A DNA stretch of 63,344 nt, the filler included. It is 14 parts of 14 records of this genome, joined end to end, with 100 filler letters (N's around TTAATTAATTAA, not from the genome) between each part and the next. Parts side by side here need not be neighbours in the genome. Positions count along the whole stretch, not along the records: positions 1 to 5,501 come from SRR9188676_2914; positions 5,602 to 8,837 come from SRR9188676_2923; positions 8,938 to 11,003 come from SRR9188676_2925; positions 11,104 to 15,039 come from SRR9188676_2926; 10 more parts are not named here. One strand, given 5' to 3'. The notes beneath the pieces are model-generated. The model had not been told where the DNA came from. It saw only the letters and a program-made list of their open reading frames with translations, and made no database searches. How positions within the stretch are numbered: position 1 is the first letter of the stretch; each line of letters opens with the position of its first letter. The position numbers and the translations under genes were made by a program. Positions 1 through 11,339 of the stretch are shown in pieces.

Positions 1-17
1 ACCTCTACCCTGGTCTG

Positions 18-3000
18 TTGATCCTGGCTGGCTCTCAGTCCGTGCGCAAGATCACCAGCATCTCTGCCACAAGCGGTACCATCACCGTGGACTCTGCCTA
101 CACCATCTCTGACACCGCCGTGGTGTCCAACTTGTACCAGGCCACGTACTACTACGTCAACCTGAACAACATGGAGTTTGTCTCTGACGTGGACTCCATC
201 ACCCCTGGTTACTACGTGCACATCAACGGTTACGAAACCCGCCAGGTGTCAGCCCAAACCGACAGCTACATCACTCTGACCACGGCGCTATCCGGCTACG
301 TGGCCTCTGGCGCCTCGTTTGCCGTCAGCTCTGTGCCCGTGCTCGGCGGCTACAACGGCCTGCCCTTCGAGACCGGTACCAGCGTGTGCAGTGCTGGCCT
401 CTATGCTGGCGTGTACTCTGACACTGCCTCTGACGATGCCAGCCGCACCTTCGTGATGACCATCATCAGCACCACTGCATCCACCTCCTCCCCGACCACC
501 GACACCTCCAAGACCGCCCCGATCATCGTGCCCTCTGCCCCCGCTGGCCAGCTCCGCGGCTTCTTCCTGACTCAGGGCACCGGCTTCACCAGCACTGACA
601 CCAACCTGTTGGGCTATGGGCGCCTTGCCCAGCAGGCGGGCCACGGCATGACCTACGCCGTCAAGTGCCCTGCGAGCTGCTCCGTTGCCTCTGGCTCCAT
701 CTCTGGTGACAACACCGATGGCTACACCGAGTCGTCAGCGATCTGCCAGGCCGCCGTGAACGCCGGCATCGCCACCGCCACCACCAACGTCATCTCTGCC
801 GACACCTACTTCCAGGTCACCACTCTGCTTGCCGACGACGGCAGCCGCAAGTTCGTGATGAGCACCGATGCCCTTGCTGACCCTACTTCTGGCTCTGACA
901 TCCGCCGCTATGTTGCCGCTGATAGCACATACCGCCGCGTGCGCGTCATCCCCACCATCAACCAGGACGGTCAGACCGTGGTCTCTGTCTCTCTCATGTC
1001 CTCCTCGTCCGCTGGTGATACCTTCCGCTACATTGTCAGCCCTGTTGCTGATGGTGTTCACGATGGTCCCATTGACATCCTGGGCTACGAGTCCGGTCAC
1101 TCCTGCTATACCTATGGCGGCGAGAGCCAGTGCATCATCGTCCTGGACCCCGGCCAGTTCCTGTACGACACTGACGGCTCTGAGAAGATTGTCTCTGGCA
1201 CCTTCACCGTGAACCTGCCCGACTCGACCTTCACCGTGTTCAACATGACCAACACGTCCAGCATCTCGCAGCTCTGCTCAGACACTGCCACGTGCCAGTT
1301 TGACCCCATTGTGAGCAGCTACCTGATGTCCACTGTGATCGGTATTCGCCCGCCCGTGAACTATCCGCGCGTCGAGAACGGCCAGGATGTTGGCGAGTTC
1401 AGCATCACCATCACGGCCAAGACCAACGAGTCCGCGTGCGCTGGCAGCACATGCCCCGATGTGGACAAGTTCCGCCCCACCACTGCCAGCATGAGTGTCA
1501 CTGTCAAGCCCGTCGCCGATCAGCCGACTATCTCCCTGTCCCTGAGGAACGTCGCAGCCACCTCCATGACTCTGTCCTACACGCAGGCCATGACCGATAC
1601 CGACGACTCCGAACAGCTCAACACGTTCCAGCTGTACGATATCCCGTCGCCCTTCACCACCACCGTGGGCAGCTACGGCTACCACGCGTGCGGCATGAGC
1701 GGCATCAACCGCGGCGCCATCAACTGCGATGCCAGGTTCTCCGACTACAGCGGCTGGTCCTCCATGACCGACGGCATGCAGATCTACGTGTACTGCCATG
1801 CCAACTGCTTCGCCGCCACTGTGTATGGTGAGCAGGCGTACGCGCCGGGCTCCTCCATCTGTAACTCTGCCATCCACGCCGGCATCGTCACCCAGGCCGA
1901 TGGTGGCTGGGTCCGTGTGACCAAGAAGTCTGCCACCTCTGGCTCTACCAACTTCGTGTCTCTCATGAGCCGCACGCCCGTGACCCGCAACGGCGTCACG
2001 CCCGTGTCCACCACCTCCACCGTCAACTCCGGCGACTACACCAACTGGGCTGGTATCGTCGACACCCCCACCATCCCCGGTGAGTCTGCGTTCACTGCCT
2101 CTGGACACACCACCAGCTCCACCACCACCACATTCTCTGTTAACGGCACTCCTCTCCTCTCTGACGGCATTTCCGTGCGCATGACTGGCTGGACCGTGCT
2201 GAGCGCCGATGGCATGACCGACGTGTCGGACGACTTCAACTATGCCTACTTCTCTGCCACTAGCACATCCACGAACAACGCGCAGAACAAGATTGCCTTG
2301 AGCGTGGACATGCGTGACCTGATTGTGTTGTCTTATGGTCAGCTTCTGCCCCTCTACCTGCGCTGCAAGGCGTTCTACCTCAACACCACCGAGGTCACGT
2401 CCATCCCCTTCACCAGCGTGGTTGACGGCCGCATCACTTGGATCGGTACCGCTACCACCCAAGAGAAGGAGCCCTATCCCGGCCTTGCCGCTGACTCCGA
2501 GGATCTGTACAACTACCGTTCTGGTGCCACCACATACAGTGTGACGCCTGTGATCAACGCGCCCACCGTGTCCATCTACTCTGAGGACGGCACCACTCGC
2601 ATGACCTCCATGTCCTGGGACACCACCACCAGCACACCCACCATTGTGTTCAACCTCGTGGTCTCTCGCTCCGACGTTGACGAAGTTCTTGGCAACGTTG
2701 TGCTCTCCAGCCTGCCCTCTGGGTTCGACATCTACCTGAACGGCGTGAACCAGACCCGCTCTGGCAGCGCCAATTTCACTTTCACCCACATTTCCAGCAA
2801 CGCGTTCTCATGGAACTCTGGCTCCCTCACCGATGCCATTCTCGCCGACGCCACCACCACTCCCAGTGATGCTGCCTATGTGACCCTTGTGGAGATCCGC
2901 GGCCCGACCACCATGAACCCCACAACCCCTGTTGCTTTCACCGCCAGCGCCATGGAGCCCACTCTCTGCTCATACTCCACCAGCACTTGGTTCTCTTCCT

Positions 3001-4727
3001 GCACTTCCTACACCACGGGCACCACCAACATCAACCTGGTTGCCGATCTGCCTTTCATCGTGACCAACAACACCGTTGGTGACGAGGACACCTTCATCCC
3101 GATCGACTTCCTTGCGTCCACCTATGACACCGAGAGCGGCGAGTACCTCACCGTCAAGTTCGGCTACGTCTCTGGTGCCTCTAGCTACGCTTCCACTCTT
3201 CAGTTCTCGTTCACCTCCAGCACCTCTGGCCTCATTTCCCAGAACATTGATGGCTACTGGTACTTGTACAAGTATGTGAACCAGAACTACTACCAGAATG
3301 CTCTGTCCTCTCCTACCTACACCTCCAGCACTATCTACGTGCGCTTGAACCAGGCCGATGGCAACCAGTACCTGTACGGCAACGTGACTCTGTCCGGGTC
3401 TGTGACGTCCTCTGCCCACCCAACCACCTCGTCCACTGGCCAGTTCTTGCTGACCGTGCAGCCCACTAACGATGCGCCCACGTGCGTCACCGTGGATCCC
3501 GCCTCCGGCGAGAACTATGCCACTGCATCTGGCTCCGTGTCCATTGGCGAAGACACCACCGTTAGCAACAACCATGGCGCCACTGTAGGCTATCTGTACG
3601 CTGTGGATGTGGATGTGACCATCGAGGGCGGCGAGTCACACAGCTTCGTGTTTGTGTACTCCAATGGCACCACCGGCACCACTTCTCCCGATGAGCACTT
3701 CTCCATCTCTGGCAACACGCTGCGCCGCACGTCCACCGACATTGACTACGAGACCACTACCTCCTTCACTTACACCATCCGCACTTCGGATAAGGCCAGT
3801 CTCACTGGATCATGCTCCGTCACCATTGACGTGACCGATGTGAACGAGGCGCCAACCGCCGTGTCCGTGGTCAGCCCGTACTTCGCGTGCGGAGTGCTCG
3901 CTGACGGCACAGCCTACCCGTCTGACACTTGCGCCTTCGCCGTGCCGGAGAACCTCAACGTCAACACCATCATCACCTACGTGCGCACCACGGATGTCGA
4001 CAACGCGCACGGCGACACCCATTCCTACTCTTTGCCCTCGTCCTCCAACAACGACACCGTGCGCACATACTTCGGTGCGACTGCGTACAACTCCACTCAC
4101 GGTGCTGTGTACGTCAAGACCGCCATGGACTACGAGTCGCTCTGCAGCCCGACTCAGGGATGTCACTTCACTCTGACCGTCCAGGCCTCTGACTCCGGCA
4201 GCCTCACCTACTCTTCGACCTACCTGGTCACTCTCCGTAACGTGAACGAGGCCCCGACTGCCTCCGTGACCACTCAGACTGTCACCGTCACCAGTTTGCT
4301 CGCCTCTGCGTCCTACGAGCCCGCCTTCGTTGATCCCGACAACCAGTTCTACATCGATGCTGGTGTGACCAACCCGACCACCGGCGAAGTGGAGAGCTAT
4401 GCCGACTTCTCTGTGCGCATGCAGGTTGCCTCCAACCAGAACAACCTGATCAACAAGAACAACTTGGCGCTGGGCGTGTGGACCAACTACTTCGTGCTGA
4501 GCACCGTGACCCCGACACAGGTGTGCGGCTGTACCTACGAGTTCGGCTACGACCCCATCACTGTGGGTTACTTCTTCACCAACAGCGCGGCCGTGGGCTC
4601 CCAGGCCATCACTTACCTCGAGTACACTGACAACGGTCTGCCCGATGCCGCTGGCCCCATCTTCCCTGGCATGAACAGCACCGGTTCCCTGTCCATCACC
4701 ATCACCTTCACTTTCACTCGAGGTTAA
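18..4727 (+). CDS. 5'-truncated giant extracellular Ser/Thr-rich protein with LCCL domains, Ig-like adhesin repeats and cadherin-like repeats
   Basis: 1569-aa intronless ORF, open from the window edge, with strong C-ending codon bias. LCCL signatures: VKCPASC..YTESSAICQAAVNAGI (~654-830) and YCHANC..VYGEQAYAPGSSICNSAIHAGI (~1782-1930). Cadherin motifs NDAP, DYET, DVNEAP, PEN, DYES, NVNEAP (~3468-4256). Stop at 4725-4727, followed by an AT-rich 3' region. Confidence 0.8.
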   Translation: MILAGSQSVRKITSISATSGTITVDSAYTISDTAVVSNLYQATYYYVNLNNMEFVSDVDSITPGYYVHINGYETRQVSAQTDSYITLTTALSGYVASGASFAVSSVPVLGGYNGLPFETGTSVCSAGLYAGVYSDTASDDASRTFVMTIISTTASTSSPTTDTSKTAPIIVPSAPAGQLRGFFLTQGTGFTSTDTNLLGYGRLAQQAGHGMTYAVKCPASCSVASGSISGDNTDGYTESSAICQAAVNAGIATATTNVISADTYFQVTTLLADDGSRKFVMSTDALADPTSGSDIRRYVAADSTYRRVRVIPTINQDGQTVVSVSLMSSSSAGDTFRYIVSPVADGVHDGPIDILGYESGHSCYTYGGESQCIIVLDPGQFLYDTDGSEKIVSGTFTVNLPDSTFTVFNMTNTSSISQLCSDTATCQFDPIVSSYLMSTVIGIRPPVNYPRVENGQDVGEFSITITAKTNESACAGSTCPDVDKFRPTTASMSVTVKPVADQPTISLSLRNVAATSMTLSYTQAMTDTDDSEQLNTFQLYDIPSPFTTTVGSYGYHACGMSGINRGAINCDARFSDYSGWSSMTDGMQIYVYCHANCFAATVYGEQAYAPGSSICNSAIHAGIVTQADGGWVRVTKKSATSGSTNFVSLMSRTPVTRNGVTPVSTTSTVNSGDYTNWAGIVDTPTIPGESAFTASGHTTSSTTTTFSVNGTPLLSDGISVRMTGWTVLSADGMTDVSDDFNYAYFSATSTSTNNAQNKIALSVDMRDLIVLSYGQLLPLYLRCKAFYLNTTEVTSIPFTSVVDGRITWIGTATTQEKEPYPGLAADSEDLYNYRSGATTYSVTPVINAPTVSIYSEDGTTRMTSMSWDTTTSTPTIVFNLVVSRSDVDEVLGNVVLSSLPSGFDIYLNGVNQTRSGSANFTFTHISSNAFSWNSGSLTDAILADATTTPSDAAYVTLVEIRGPTTMNPTTPVAFTASAMEPTLCSYSTSTWFSSCTSYTTGTTNINLVADLPFIVTNNTVGDEDTFIPIDFLASTYDTESGEYLTVKFGYVSGASSYASTLQFSFTSSTSGLISQNIDGYWYLYKYVNQNYYQNALSSPTYTSSTIYVRLNQADGNQYLYGNVTLSGSVTSSAHPTTSSTGQFLLTVQPTNDAPTCVTVDPASGENYATASGSVSIGEDTTVSNNHGATVGYLYAVDVDVTIEGGESHSFVFVYSNGTTGTTSPDEHFSISGNTLRRTSTDIDYETTTSFTYTIRTSDKASLTGSCSVTIDVTDVNEAPTAVSVVSPYFACGVLADGTAYPSDTCAFAVPENLNVNTIITYVRTTDVDNAHGDTHSYSLPSSSNNDTVRTYFGATAYNSTHGAVYVKTAMDYESLCSPTQGCHFTLTVQASDSGSLTYSSTYLVTLRNVNEAPTASVTTQTVTVTSLLASASYEPAFVDPDNQFYIDAGVTNPTTGEVESYADFSVRMQVASNQNNLINKNNLALGVWTNYFVLSTVTPTQVCGCTYEFGYDPITVGYFFTNSAAVGSQAITYLEYTDNGLPDAAGPIFPGMNSTGSLSITITFTFTRG

Positions 4728-5501
4728 GCAGACTGAATATCTTCGCGAGTTTTTTGTGGGGGTTTCCACTCCTGCGAGAGGAACTGCGAGCACAAGTTTG
4801 CTTGTCATTTATTTTGTTTTGTTTATTCAATTCGAACAAAATGATAGCATCCACCTCCTCGAAATGAAGTCTGTTGTGAGGACATTTTGATGTATTTCAT
4901 GTATTTATTTTCTCTTGGTTTTTGCTTTCTTTTCGATATATTTCTAAAACACATTTTTTTTTTTCTCTCTCCCCTCCCAAGTACTGTACACTTTCGCACT
5001 TTCAGTCCCTTTTTGTGATTCTCACCCACACCTTCATAATTGATATATATTCATGTGGCCATTGTATTTTTTTTAACCGCGAAATATAATTGCCATTTTT
5101 CGACATTAAATCCCAATCTAATAATAATCTTCGCACCTTGCACGTTGCGTCCTTGGTTGTTGCTGCTGATCTTCTGAACGAGCGAGTGCGAGCGAGAAGA
5201 ACTAAGTCTGCAAACGATGGAATTCGGAGGAGGCAAGTGCGGTAACCTACGTCTAACGATCGTTGTACATAGTGCGAACGTGATACAGATAAAATGAACT
5301 GAGATGTTCTCCGTGATCGTTGTGCAGGGGGCTGTTCCTAACTGCTGCTTCGTAGATTACATCGTATATTGTCAGGCATGCAAAAATGTTCATCGTTTAG
5401 GTTTCCATCTACGCCAGTCCACGCCAGTCTTAGAAGGATCTCACAAGGAACAATAAAGATACACCGGGAAGCATATGCCCGCTGGAGTTCAATGGATACC
5501 C

Positions 5502-5601
5502 NNNNNNNNNNNNNNNNNNNNNNNNNNNNNNNNNNNNNNNNNNNNTTAATTAATTAANNNNNNNNNNNNNNNNNNNNNNNNNNNNNNNNNNNNNNNNNNN
5601 N
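5502..5601. other. Artificial contig linker N44-TTAATTAATTAA-N44 (first of 13)
   Basis: Identical 100-bp spacer with stops in all six frames. Also at 8838-8937, 11004-11103, 15040-15139, 19549-19648, 22303-22402, 25838-25937, 28194-28293, 30470-30569, 33378-33477, 55088-55187, 57235-57334 and 60999-61098. Confidence 0.98.
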
Positions 5602-7542
5602 GTCGGTTTTGATTTGCGGTGACCCAAATGACTATGTGTGATGTGATAGAATGTGGTGTGGTGTGTGATATTGTGTGAGGGGTACCATTTAAAAGGACCA
5701 TGAGGGTGCGGAAGGCATCACGCGTGGTGGAGTCGCCAATGACCATTACCCACTTCCCTCTCAGGCACTGCCGGGTCAGTGTATGGTCTGCCGTCACCAT
5801 GTGTGCACTCGCAGGCGGCTGCCACGCAACGGAATGCTCCCCCTAACGTATACGCATCGAGGCAGCAAGAGACAATGACCATCCATTTCTTTCTCTTGTA
5901 TTTTCGGGCTGAATGTGAGATTTTTGCGCTGGCTTCGAGTGAGATTTGAGATCCCCTTGGATACTGAATCACATTTTCGTTGCATTTCTGGTTGATTGAA
6001 TTGCATCCTTGAAAGAGGAGTATGGATCGAGAAAGAATTTTTTTTCATCATCAAAAACCTCCGAAGGATAAACTGATTTAGCATTCTCTCCGATATTTTT
6101 GGCCAACGAGTTCGATACAAGTTCATTGCACACATCACCATTCTTTCTATCACCACTTAAAAGGGAGAACCTACCGATTGAGGATGGGTAACGTTTTTCC
6201 AAAAGCAGGGGCCTGATGCGTCCCCCCCCCTGTGACCGTGTGCAGGCAGATTCAGGGGGTGCATGCGGGACTGAGGGGAACACTCGGGGATGGCCCCGGA
6301 GTACAGTCGAGAGAGAAAGGAATACATCGGCCGGTTCCAGAAATGTATGTCGTGTCCTGAAGAGGTCCTAAAACGGGAATCAAAAGTGAATGAGCGGTGA
6401 GAAAAACAACAAAGTTCTAGGAGCACACCGTGCTCACTCACCGAGTGTACAGGCCAGCTTCGGAGTTATACCGCGCATGTGTAAGATTTCGCAGAGGGGA
6501 AAAAAATGATAAAACGGAATCATTTCCCAAGGTTGATTCATCCGTGGAAGGATATGCTGATCCACTCATCCGCGATTCATCAACATCGGACGAAAAATAT
6601 GTGGGCAGGTCATTCACGCTAAGGTCCACACCCGACATGATCTCTCGTTTAAATGCGATCACATCAGCTTCACTCGCAAGGGAGGTCACGTCCACATGGG
6701 TGAAGTATTGAACATCTTGTTGTTTGCTTGCATGTTGGGTGAATTTTTCCAGAAATAGTCTGTTTTGCCACATTTGTATTTCGCTTCCATGACGTAGTGG
6801 TCGAAACGGGAGAATCCACTTGGAGTGGGATAGATATGCCCCAATTTTCCAGGGATTCGCCGAGAATGATTGTGCTATGACGAAAAGAACATCATTTGAA
6901 AGAATATGTCGCTCCTGAAGGCTGTCTCTGATTATTGCACAGTGAGCGTACGAATATCGACACACAAGAAGAACGGGAGCAACGGGATAGTGCTGAGCCC
7001 AGATTAGTGGCAGAATGTGAGAAATGATCTGCTGTAAAGTGTCCTCTGGAGTTAAGTCCACAACAATGGAAATGTAATCAATGTTGGGCCTGTGATCTTG
7101 ATCTTGGAATGAGCTGGCAGTAGGCACCACACTGAAGGGTAATACAGAGTAATAAATAGTTGCATATTCATCTCGTTCCGTATTCAAGGTGATGTTTAGA
7201 CGTAAACCTGTTGAAGTAGGTGGAAAGGCAAAACCGTAGATGATCGACGAAGTGTCTTGCATCACAAGATGGGCGTTTTGAACATTTCCCCATCGACCAT
7301 CCAGCTCAGATGTCAGTGTTACCTGAGACTAATATCACCAGAATCAGAAAGTGCCGAACAATTTTTCAAGGAAACCCTACATGACTTGAGAAAGATTGTT
7401 TAGAGAGCACAACATAGGGCAAATCGAAAGGCACAAATGAATTGTTCGAAGGGTAGAGAAGAAAGTCGACAGGGGCACTAGCAGTAACTAAAAAATAGGC
7501 CAAGAATAGCAGCAAACGCAAGAACCGGGTGAGAAAATCCAT
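5602..7542 (-). CDS. Multi-exon secreted protein with a CASD1/PC-esterase (SGNH-like) domain start, 3'-truncated
   Basis: Signal-peptide-like MDFLTRFLRLLLFLAYFLVTASA at 7542 and a long exon at ~6443-7320. The exon near 5685-5845 reads WQPPASAHMVTADHTLTRQCLRGKWVMVIGDSTTRDAF, matching the WQP..CL..K...IGDS..R motif. Joining of all exons into one gene is inferred. Confidence 0.55.
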
Positions 7543-7778
7543 CTGAGGGGTCCGGGCTACATCAGTCAAAAGCGACGGGACCACTAACATGAATTGAAAA
7601 TTTCCTCAACATTCCCTTTGTCCGTTGAGTTCGGTTGTTCCTGTGTCTATTTTTATGTTCATCAATGCTCGAAGTTTTTTGAATTAACTTTTCGAAATTG
7701 GAATACATTTCATTCAGCATTGGCATTATTTCTAATTTATATATAGTACAATAGTCGTACCTCGAACTCCCGAAAAAG

Positions 7779-8752
7779 ATGTCGGATCAACCAGCGGAAG
7801 CTGCCGGAGGGGCCCCTTCATCGCTGGATCCGCGATTGGAGTTCCTCGAGAGCCATTTCCGGACATCCCTTAAATTACCAGAGGCAAAGATCCGTGAAAT
7901 GAGAAATAATGACGAGTCGAGGTATCACAACATCCCTCTATCCCTTCACTACTTTCCGATCCACGATTCATCATTTTCGACGTTCCCTTTCTATCTTCTT
8001 TCCGATCCTCTATTTTATCACATATATTCACATATATACATTTTTTTTTCTATATTCTTCTCTTGAAATATCTAGTGCTGCGGTTTCTTCGTTCTTGGAC
8101 TCTGCCAACGAGCGATTCCTCATCGTTTACACCGATAATAAGGATTGGCTCGCTTCTCTTCGACTTCCCAAGACCATTAAGAAGAATAGTCGAGCTTGTC
8201 TTGCTTTTAAACCTCAAGCCACTCAGGTATTGATCCCTTTCTATTTTTGGGTTCAGCAAACCTTGAAAATTCTAATTCTCATTTCCATCATCTAGATCAA
8301 AGCTGAAGAACTCAAGACTGCCATCAAGATCCATAACGTTGTTTTCCAAAATGCTAGTATCCTGGAATTTTTGCTCTCCTTATCCCAGGATGTATTTTTG
8401 CCTCTTATCACGAATCCACGCATGCAAGATGGCTGGCCCGATGTCATCTGCAAAGAAGTGCTTAATTCTTTCCACCAATTCTTGGCTAATTTATATGTTA
8501 CTATCGGCCAAACAAAGGGAAAGACCCTTCTTCCACTCCCTCCCAAAGATATTGCTCCTGATGATCGAGCAGCGAAGGACAAGGATAGGTATTGCAATTC
8601 TTTTTCATTTTGATACTTTTTCGCTTCATTTTAGTATACCGATCCTCATCGCTCCCCTCTCAGAGTTCACATGCTTGAATCTGCTCTTGTCACCTGGACG
8701 AAACAAATCAACAATGTACTCAAGTCTGACCCCGAAAGCATCCTGAAAGAAG
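7779..8752 (+). CDS. Axonemal outer-arm dynein heavy chain (beta/DNAH9-11-17 type), N-terminal fragment
   Basis: Phase-consistent exons 7779-7921, 8076-8226, 8296-8588 and 8664-8752 with GT-AG introns. Peptides LYVTIGQTKGKTLLPLPP and DKDRVHMLESALVTWTKQINNVLKSDP. Truncated by the contig end. Confidence 0.88.
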
Positions 8753-8937
8753 GTAGGGCTCTCATTCCCCTAATATTCCGTCTATTTTCTTATGTTTTGC
8801 CGCTCATATCTCTCTATCCCTCGTTTTCTAAGGCTTCNNNNNNNNNNNNNNNNNNNNNNNNNNNNNNNNNNNNNNNNNNNNTTAATTAATTAANNNNNNN
8901 NNNNNNNNNNNNNNNNNNNNNNNNNNNNNNNNNNNNN

Positions 8938-9900
8938 TGACAGCCTTGATGCTGAGAAAAGGCAGTCATACATTTTTGCGAGAGAAGAAGGCATGTTGAC
9001 ATCATTGATGCTCGTCAGTGCAAATGGGAATGTGGAGACAGGAAAAGTGCTGCTGAACTATCTAGATGTACCACTTCGCTATGAATATTTTCTATTCGCT
9101 GACTCTAGGTCAATGACTGCACTTTCTCATTCATTTTCGCATCCATCTGTCCTCCGCTTGCTCATGCCGCAGCTCTCACTAGCTAATACCTCACCTGATC
9201 AGAACCAGAAGGGCATTCTTCAAGTGGAATTCTGCAAGCTACTCTCTCCTCGCACAACATATGATCCAATCCATGTACTTGAGTTCCTTCCTTTGCTGCC
9301 CCTTGACTGCCCTCTGTCATTCTTAAATTCTTGACAAGACTATTTCCCTGCTCTGATTTCCAAACCAGACGTTTTCTTCTCAAGTGTCCATCATCTCTAC
9401 CATATCCTCTGCTTGCTGAATCTTCTCCCCGATCGCAATGCAGCCTTCCCAAAGACGATATTTCATCCAAGGCAAAAGAAACGATCAATTGGCTTGACCT
9501 TGCTGCGAAGCTGGTGCTGAGTGCTTGATGTGGTGTGTGATATTCCTTCGTTGAGATGCCTTGGGGATGTGAGGCAGGGTGTGAGGCAGCAGGAAGATGC
9601 ATCATTGGACTTTCACATAGGTAGAATGGATATGAGTCTGGAGGTGGATATATGGATGTGGTAGGCTCTAAGCCATTGACAGAAACTCTCATTGACTTGT
9701 ATCCTACATTGGCAAGAAACACAAGCACGCACATCCACCCTTCGTGTCTCTCGACTTCCCAGCTTGATAATGACGATTATTCCTTGCTGTTTTGGGCTGG
9801 GGAAGGAAAGTTTGGCAGCATCATGGTCATTCTTCCTGTTCGTTTCATGGCTACCTTCAGTCGCGATATTTACCTCCCCACCCTTTGCCATACCAACCAG
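8938..9900 (+). pseudogene. Degraded paralogue of the 39-aa ankyrin-repeat family gene at 25956-28046
   Basis: Collinear peptide similarity to 25956-28046 (SLANTSPDQNQK, DYFPAL..HLYHILCLLN, SWC*VLDVVC, SLLFWAGEGKFGSIMVILP). Interrupted by in-frame TGA at 9332-9334 and 9518-9520 and by several frameshifts. Confidence 0.8.
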
Positions 9901-11339
9901 CACTATGATTTCGTGAATTTTGATCGTCCCATCTACAATTGTGACAAGGATTCGAGGGCTAACATCGGAGTGGAGGCAGTGAGAACAAGATTATCCAAGC
10001 TGAACAATCCTGTGGAATTCCTCGAAACCATTTGCAGTTACATCATTTTTTTTTTTATTGTTGCTGCTATCGCACTAGTTGCCCTGACGGAAAACAAGGA
10101 AATAGACGTCCTTGGAATGAGGGCAATCGGAGCGTAAGATGATGTACATCTTCCTGACTCCTCCCAATGTAACTACACGATATCACATGAATAAATCGAA
10201 CATTTTTTGTTCTCTTAGAATCGAATTCCATAAACTTCGATTTTTATCCTCCGTTCTGGTAGCCCTCATTCCATTGGAAGAAACTACCTGTTGGCAGTCA
10301 GTATCCTATCATTGTTGGGTGAATTCCCAAATTGATCCTCTTAAGTCTCCTTCTTGAGTAAAAACCCTCATTTTCTGGGGGAAAGTCCTCGGCATTAGAA
10401 TCCTTAGGGTAATTATGAATTTATTTTATTCATTTTTCTGTTTCAGTAATGTACCAATTCAGGAAATCCTGGGAGAGAACCGTCCCAACTTCATGCCTCC
10501 TCTAGAAAAGCCAAGGAATACCCTGGAAGAGAAAGGAGAGCATAGAAAAAAACGAGATTAGGATATGGAATGATGCGCAGTACGATACTAGATACATACT
10601 ATCACTGGGAAAAGGGGGAGTCGCTCCATCAAGTAAGACGTGTAGGGCAAATAAATGTGTGTCCATCAAGTAAGTTTCATCACGTTTCATCCCAATCCGG
10701 CTGATGGAACGACACCCCACCCTTTTCCCAGTGTATACATATGATCCCTTCATTCATCACTCAAAGAAACATACAATAAGATTCACATGAGCGAAAACAG
10801 AGAAAAATCAACATTCATATATTTAGTAACGTCCACAAAGTAGGAGTTCATAAATAAAAATCCTATACTGCTGCGTCGCGAGGGGTCATCACCTCCAGTA
10901 TGGCTTTGTATTTTCAGATTTTTCTCCATGGTTCTTCCATGAATCCAAGTGCTATTTCAGCATCCTGTGCAGTTCTCGAAAATTGGCAATTAATTACCCA
11001 TGTNNNNNNNNNNNNNNNNNNNNNNNNNNNNNNNNNNNNNNNNNNNNTTAATTAATTAANNNNNNNNNNNNNNNNNNNNNNNNNNNNNNNNNNNNNNNNN
11101 NNNTATGTGTGTGTGTGTGAGAGAGAGAGATAGTATGTATGCAGATGCTTTAGCATGAAAAACGCAGATTGCCTCACCGGTCTGAAAAAGTTTTGGTCGA
11201 AAAAGTATATCTATAGACCGAGAATGATATCGGCCGAGAAAATCCTGCGAAGGTCATGGTAGTGGGCCTCAGTCAAGTCAATTCAGTGTGACTTCGAGAA
11301 AGGAGACCGGATCCGATCACGGTTTTATCCGGTATGCGG

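Noticed and set aside
1278-4808. Long minus-strand ORFs (1278-2789, 2970-3575, 3810-4808)
   Set aside because: Antisense shadows of the strongly codon-biased plus-strand gene; no motifs.
5546-5557. Recurrent TTAATTAATTAA as a biological repeat or CRISPR-like array
   Set aside because: Always centred in exactly 44+44 Ns; an artificial six-frame stop linker.
9332-9520. In-frame TGAs as evidence of a reassigned genetic code
   Set aside because: They come with frameshifting deletions, and conserved genes elsewhere use TGG for Trp and show no internal TGA.
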